A stretch of DNA of 34,402 nt from an uncultured Planctomycetota bacterium. Lineage in GTDB: Bacteria > Planctomycetota > JAJSAM01 > JAKLKS01. Location of the stretch: contig CAZWGT010000002.1 of the NCBI GenBank assembly GCA_964633345.1, forward strand, positions 1 to 34,402. Reading direction: 5' to 3'. The position numbers were made by a program, and so were the translations under genes. Shown piece after piece: positions 32,389-34,402 of this stretch. Every line of letters starts with the position of its first letter. Position 1 is the first letter of the stretch. The notes under the pieces were generated by a model. That model made no database searches. It was given only the letters and a program-made list of their open reading frames with translations, and was not told the origin of the DNA.

Positions 32389-33600
32389 ATGAGCGCGAAG
32401 GAGATCGTGATCGTCGGCGGCGCCCGAACCGCCATGGCCGAGTACGTGGGGACGAAGGGCTTCGGGCTCTTCAAGGACCTCTGCGCCAACGACCTCGGCG
32501 CCCGCGCCATCGAGGGCGCCCTCCTCCGCGCGAAGGTCCCCGCCGCCCGCGTCGAGCACGTCGTCATGGGCAACGCCGAGCAGACCTCCGGCGACGCCCT
32601 CTACGGAGCCCGCCACTCGGCCCTCAAGGCCGGCATCCCCATCGAGACCCCGGCCCTGACCGTGAACCGCATCTGCGGCTCGGGCATCCAGTCCATCGTC
32701 TCCGCGGCCCAGATGATGATGCTCGACGAGGCCTCCGTCGCGGTGGCCGGCGGCATGGAGAACATGAGCCAGGCGCCCCACGTGGTGCGGGGCGGCCGCG
32801 AGGGCTTCCGCCTCGGCCAGAAGATCGAGTTCGAGGACATGCTCATGGTCGCCCTCCTCGACCCGTTCTGCGGCTTCTACATGGCCCAGACGGCCGAGAA
32901 CCTCGCGAAGAAGATGGGGATCACCCGCCAGGCCCAGGACGAATTCGCCCTCCGCAGCCACCAGCTCGGCGCGAAGGCCGTCCAGGCTGGATTGTTCGCC
33001 GAGGAGATCCACCCCGTCAAGGTCAAGCGCGGCCGCGAGGAGATCGTCGTCGACAAGGACGACCACATCAAGCCGGAGACCGCCATCGACAAGCTCGCGA
33101 AGCTCCCGCCCGCCTTCGGCAAGGACGGCACCGTCACGGCCGGGAACGCCTCCGGCATCGTGGACGGGGGCGCCGCCGTCGTGCTCGCCACCGCCGAGGA
33201 GGCGAGGAAGTCGGGCTGGGAGGTCCAGGCCGTCGTCCGCGGCTGGGGGATCGCCGGCGTGCCGCCGGACATCATGGGCATCGGCCCCGTCCCGGCCATC
33301 CGCAAGGTCCTCGAGAAGAGCGGCCTCGGCCTCGACCGCGTCGACCTCATCGAGATCAACGAGGCGTTCGCGGCCCAGTACCTCGCCTGCGAGAAGGAGC
33401 TCGGCCTCGACCGCGAGAAGGTCAACGTGAACGGCGGCGCCATCGCCCTCGGGCACCCGCTGGGGGCCACGGGCACCCGGCTCGTGATCACCCTGGTCCG
33501 CGAGCTCCGCCGCCGCAACAAGAAGTACGGGATCGCCTCCGCCTGCATCGGCGGCGGGCAGGGCATCGCGATCCTGGTCGAGAACCCCAAGGCCTCCTGA
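32389..33600 (+). CDS. Acetyl-CoA C-acetyltransferase (thiolase II)
   Basis: ATG 32389 preceded by AGGAGA. VNRICGSGIQ (active-site Cys), NASGIVDGGAA, NEAFAAQ, NVNGGAIALGHPLGATG and CIGGGQG. Confidence 0.92.
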   Translation: MSAKEIVIVGGARTAMAEYVGTKGFGLFKDLCANDLGARAIEGALLRAKVPAARVEHVVMGNAEQTSGDALYGARHSALKAGIPIETPALTVNRICGSGIQSIVSAAQMMMLDEASVAVAGGMENMSQAPHVVRGGREGFRLGQKIEFEDMLMVALLDPFCGFYMAQTAENLAKKMGITRQAQDEFALRSHQLGAKAVQAGLFAEEIHPVKVKRGREEIVVDKDDHIKPETAIDKLAKLPPAFGKDGTVTAGNASGIVDGGAAVVLATAEEARKSGWEVQAVVRGWGIAGVPPDIMGIGPVPAIRKVLEKSGLGLDRVDLIEINEAFAAQYLACEKELGLDREKVNVNGGAIALGHPLGATGTRLVITLVRELRRRNKKYGIASACIGGGQGIAILVENPKAS

Positions 33601-33611
33601 GGAAGACCTCC

Positions 33612-34402
33612 ATGCACGACATCGCCGTCATCGCCGGGGACGGGATCGGCCCCGAGGTCGTCCGCGAGGGCCTGAAGGTCCTCGACGCCGCCTCGGAAAT
33701 CCACGGTTTCAAGTACGCGACCGAGTCCATGCCCTACGGGGCGGAGCACTTCCTGAGGACGGGGGAGACCTTCCCCGACTCGGCGCTCCGCGCCGCCCAC
33801 GACTTCAAGGCCGTCCTTCTCGGCGCCATCGGCGACCCGCGCGTGGAGACCGGGAAGCTCGAGCGGGCCATCATCTCGGGCCTGCGTTTCGGCCTCGACC
33901 TGTACGTGAACCTCCGCCCCGTGCGCCTCTACGACGCCCGTTTCTGCCCCCTGAAGGACCGGGGGCCCGCGGACCTCGACTTCATCGTCGTCCGCGAGAA
34001 CACGGAGGACGCCTACGCCGGCCTCGGCGGCATCCTGAAGAAGGGGACCCCGAACGAGGTCGCGGTGCAGGAGATGATCTACACGCGCTCCGGCTGCGAG
34101 CGCGTCGTCCGGTACGCCTACGACCTCTGCCGCAAGAGGGGCAAGCACAAGCGGCTCACCCTCGTGGACAAGGCCAATGCGGTGCGGGCCCAGGACATCT
34201 GGACCCGGACCTTCGCCGAGGTGGGGCTGGAGTACGACGACGTCCAGCAGGACCACGCCTACGTGGACGCGGCCTGCATGTGGATGGTCAAGAACCCCGA
34301 GTGGTTCGACGTCATCGTCACGACCAACCTCTTCGGCGACATCATGACCGACCTCGTCGCCCAGCTCGTGGGCGGCATGGGGATCGCCGCCAGCGGCAAC
34401 AT
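33612..34402 (+). CDS. Isocitrate/isopropylmalate dehydrogenase family protein (3-isopropylmalate or tartrate dehydrogenase-like), 3'-truncated by the window end
   Basis: ATG 33612 preceded by GAGGAAG. IAVIAGDGIGPEV, NLRPV, VVRENTEDAY, VDKANA and TNLFGDIMTDL. The frame is open to the last base, so it is absent from the ORF track. Confidence 0.85.
   Translation, partial: MHDIAVIAGDGIGPEVVREGLKVLDAASEIHGFKYATESMPYGAEHFLRTGETFPDSALRAAHDFKAVLLGAIGDPRVETGKLERAIISGLRFGLDLYVNLRPVRLYDARFCPLKDRGPADLDFIVVRENTEDAYAGLGGILKKGTPNEVAVQEMIYTRSGCERVVRYAYDLCRKRGKHKRLTLVDKANAVRAQDIWTRTFAEVGLEYDDVQQDHAYVDAACMWMVKNPEWFDVIVTTNLFGDIMTDLVAQLVGGMGIAASGN

Noticed and set aside
1-34402. Search for CRISPR repeats, IS elements, integrases, phage genes or defence-system hallmarks (nucleases, ATPases, methyltransferase pairs)
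   Set aside because: None seen. There are no regularly spaced direct repeats, no transposase-like or recombinase-like ORFs, and no compositional island apart from short AT-richer promoter patches.

Overview
About 34.4 kb of very GC-rich bacterial chromosome (by eye above 70% G+C, with strong G/C at codon position 3). It is gene-dense on both strands. I support about 32 protein-coding genes. I saw no rRNA, tRNA, CRISPR array, transposase or integrase. Many of the longest ORFs in the track are Arg/Gly/Pro-rich shadow frames of real genes, and I rejected them. Gene content, left to right: a large secreted beta-helix + PD40-propeller protein; two tandem TPR + ConA/DUF1080-like secreted paralogues, the upstream one interrupted by an in-frame TAG; ATP sulfurylase (sat); an MMPL/RND exporter overlapping a small sphingomyelin-synthase-like PAP2 enzyme; a secreted thioredoxin-fold protein whose CxxC motif reads TGA-P-P-C (candidate selenoprotein with a downstream hairpin); TauE/SafE and EamA permeases; DUF1294; DUF1579-like and lipoprotein genes; a bioF / fused bioD-bioA / bioB operon; a secreted pseudo-peptidase-like protein; a redox-motif-less Trx-like protein; a TPR lipoprotein; an M1 metallopeptidase; an MgtE-N/CBS sensor protein overlapping a non-canonical NRAMP-fold permease; pyrE; a PEMT/ICMT-like membrane methyltransferase; two tandem HEAT + VWA secreted paralogues; enoyl-CoA hydratase; a small secreted protein; thiolase; and a 3'-truncated isopropylmalate/tartrate dehydrogenase family gene. 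The secreted DUF1080-like, HEAT-VWA and TPR proteins suggest a Planctomycetota-like or similar lineage, but this is a weak inference. The most notable candidates are the UxxC selenoprotein plus SECIS-like hairpin (10059-11042), the split MgtE-sensor/NRAMP pair (23685-26242), the MMPL + SMS-like lipid module (6899-9885) and the amber-interrupted gene (TAG at 5200-5202). All domain calls come from motif recognition by eye; no database search was run.
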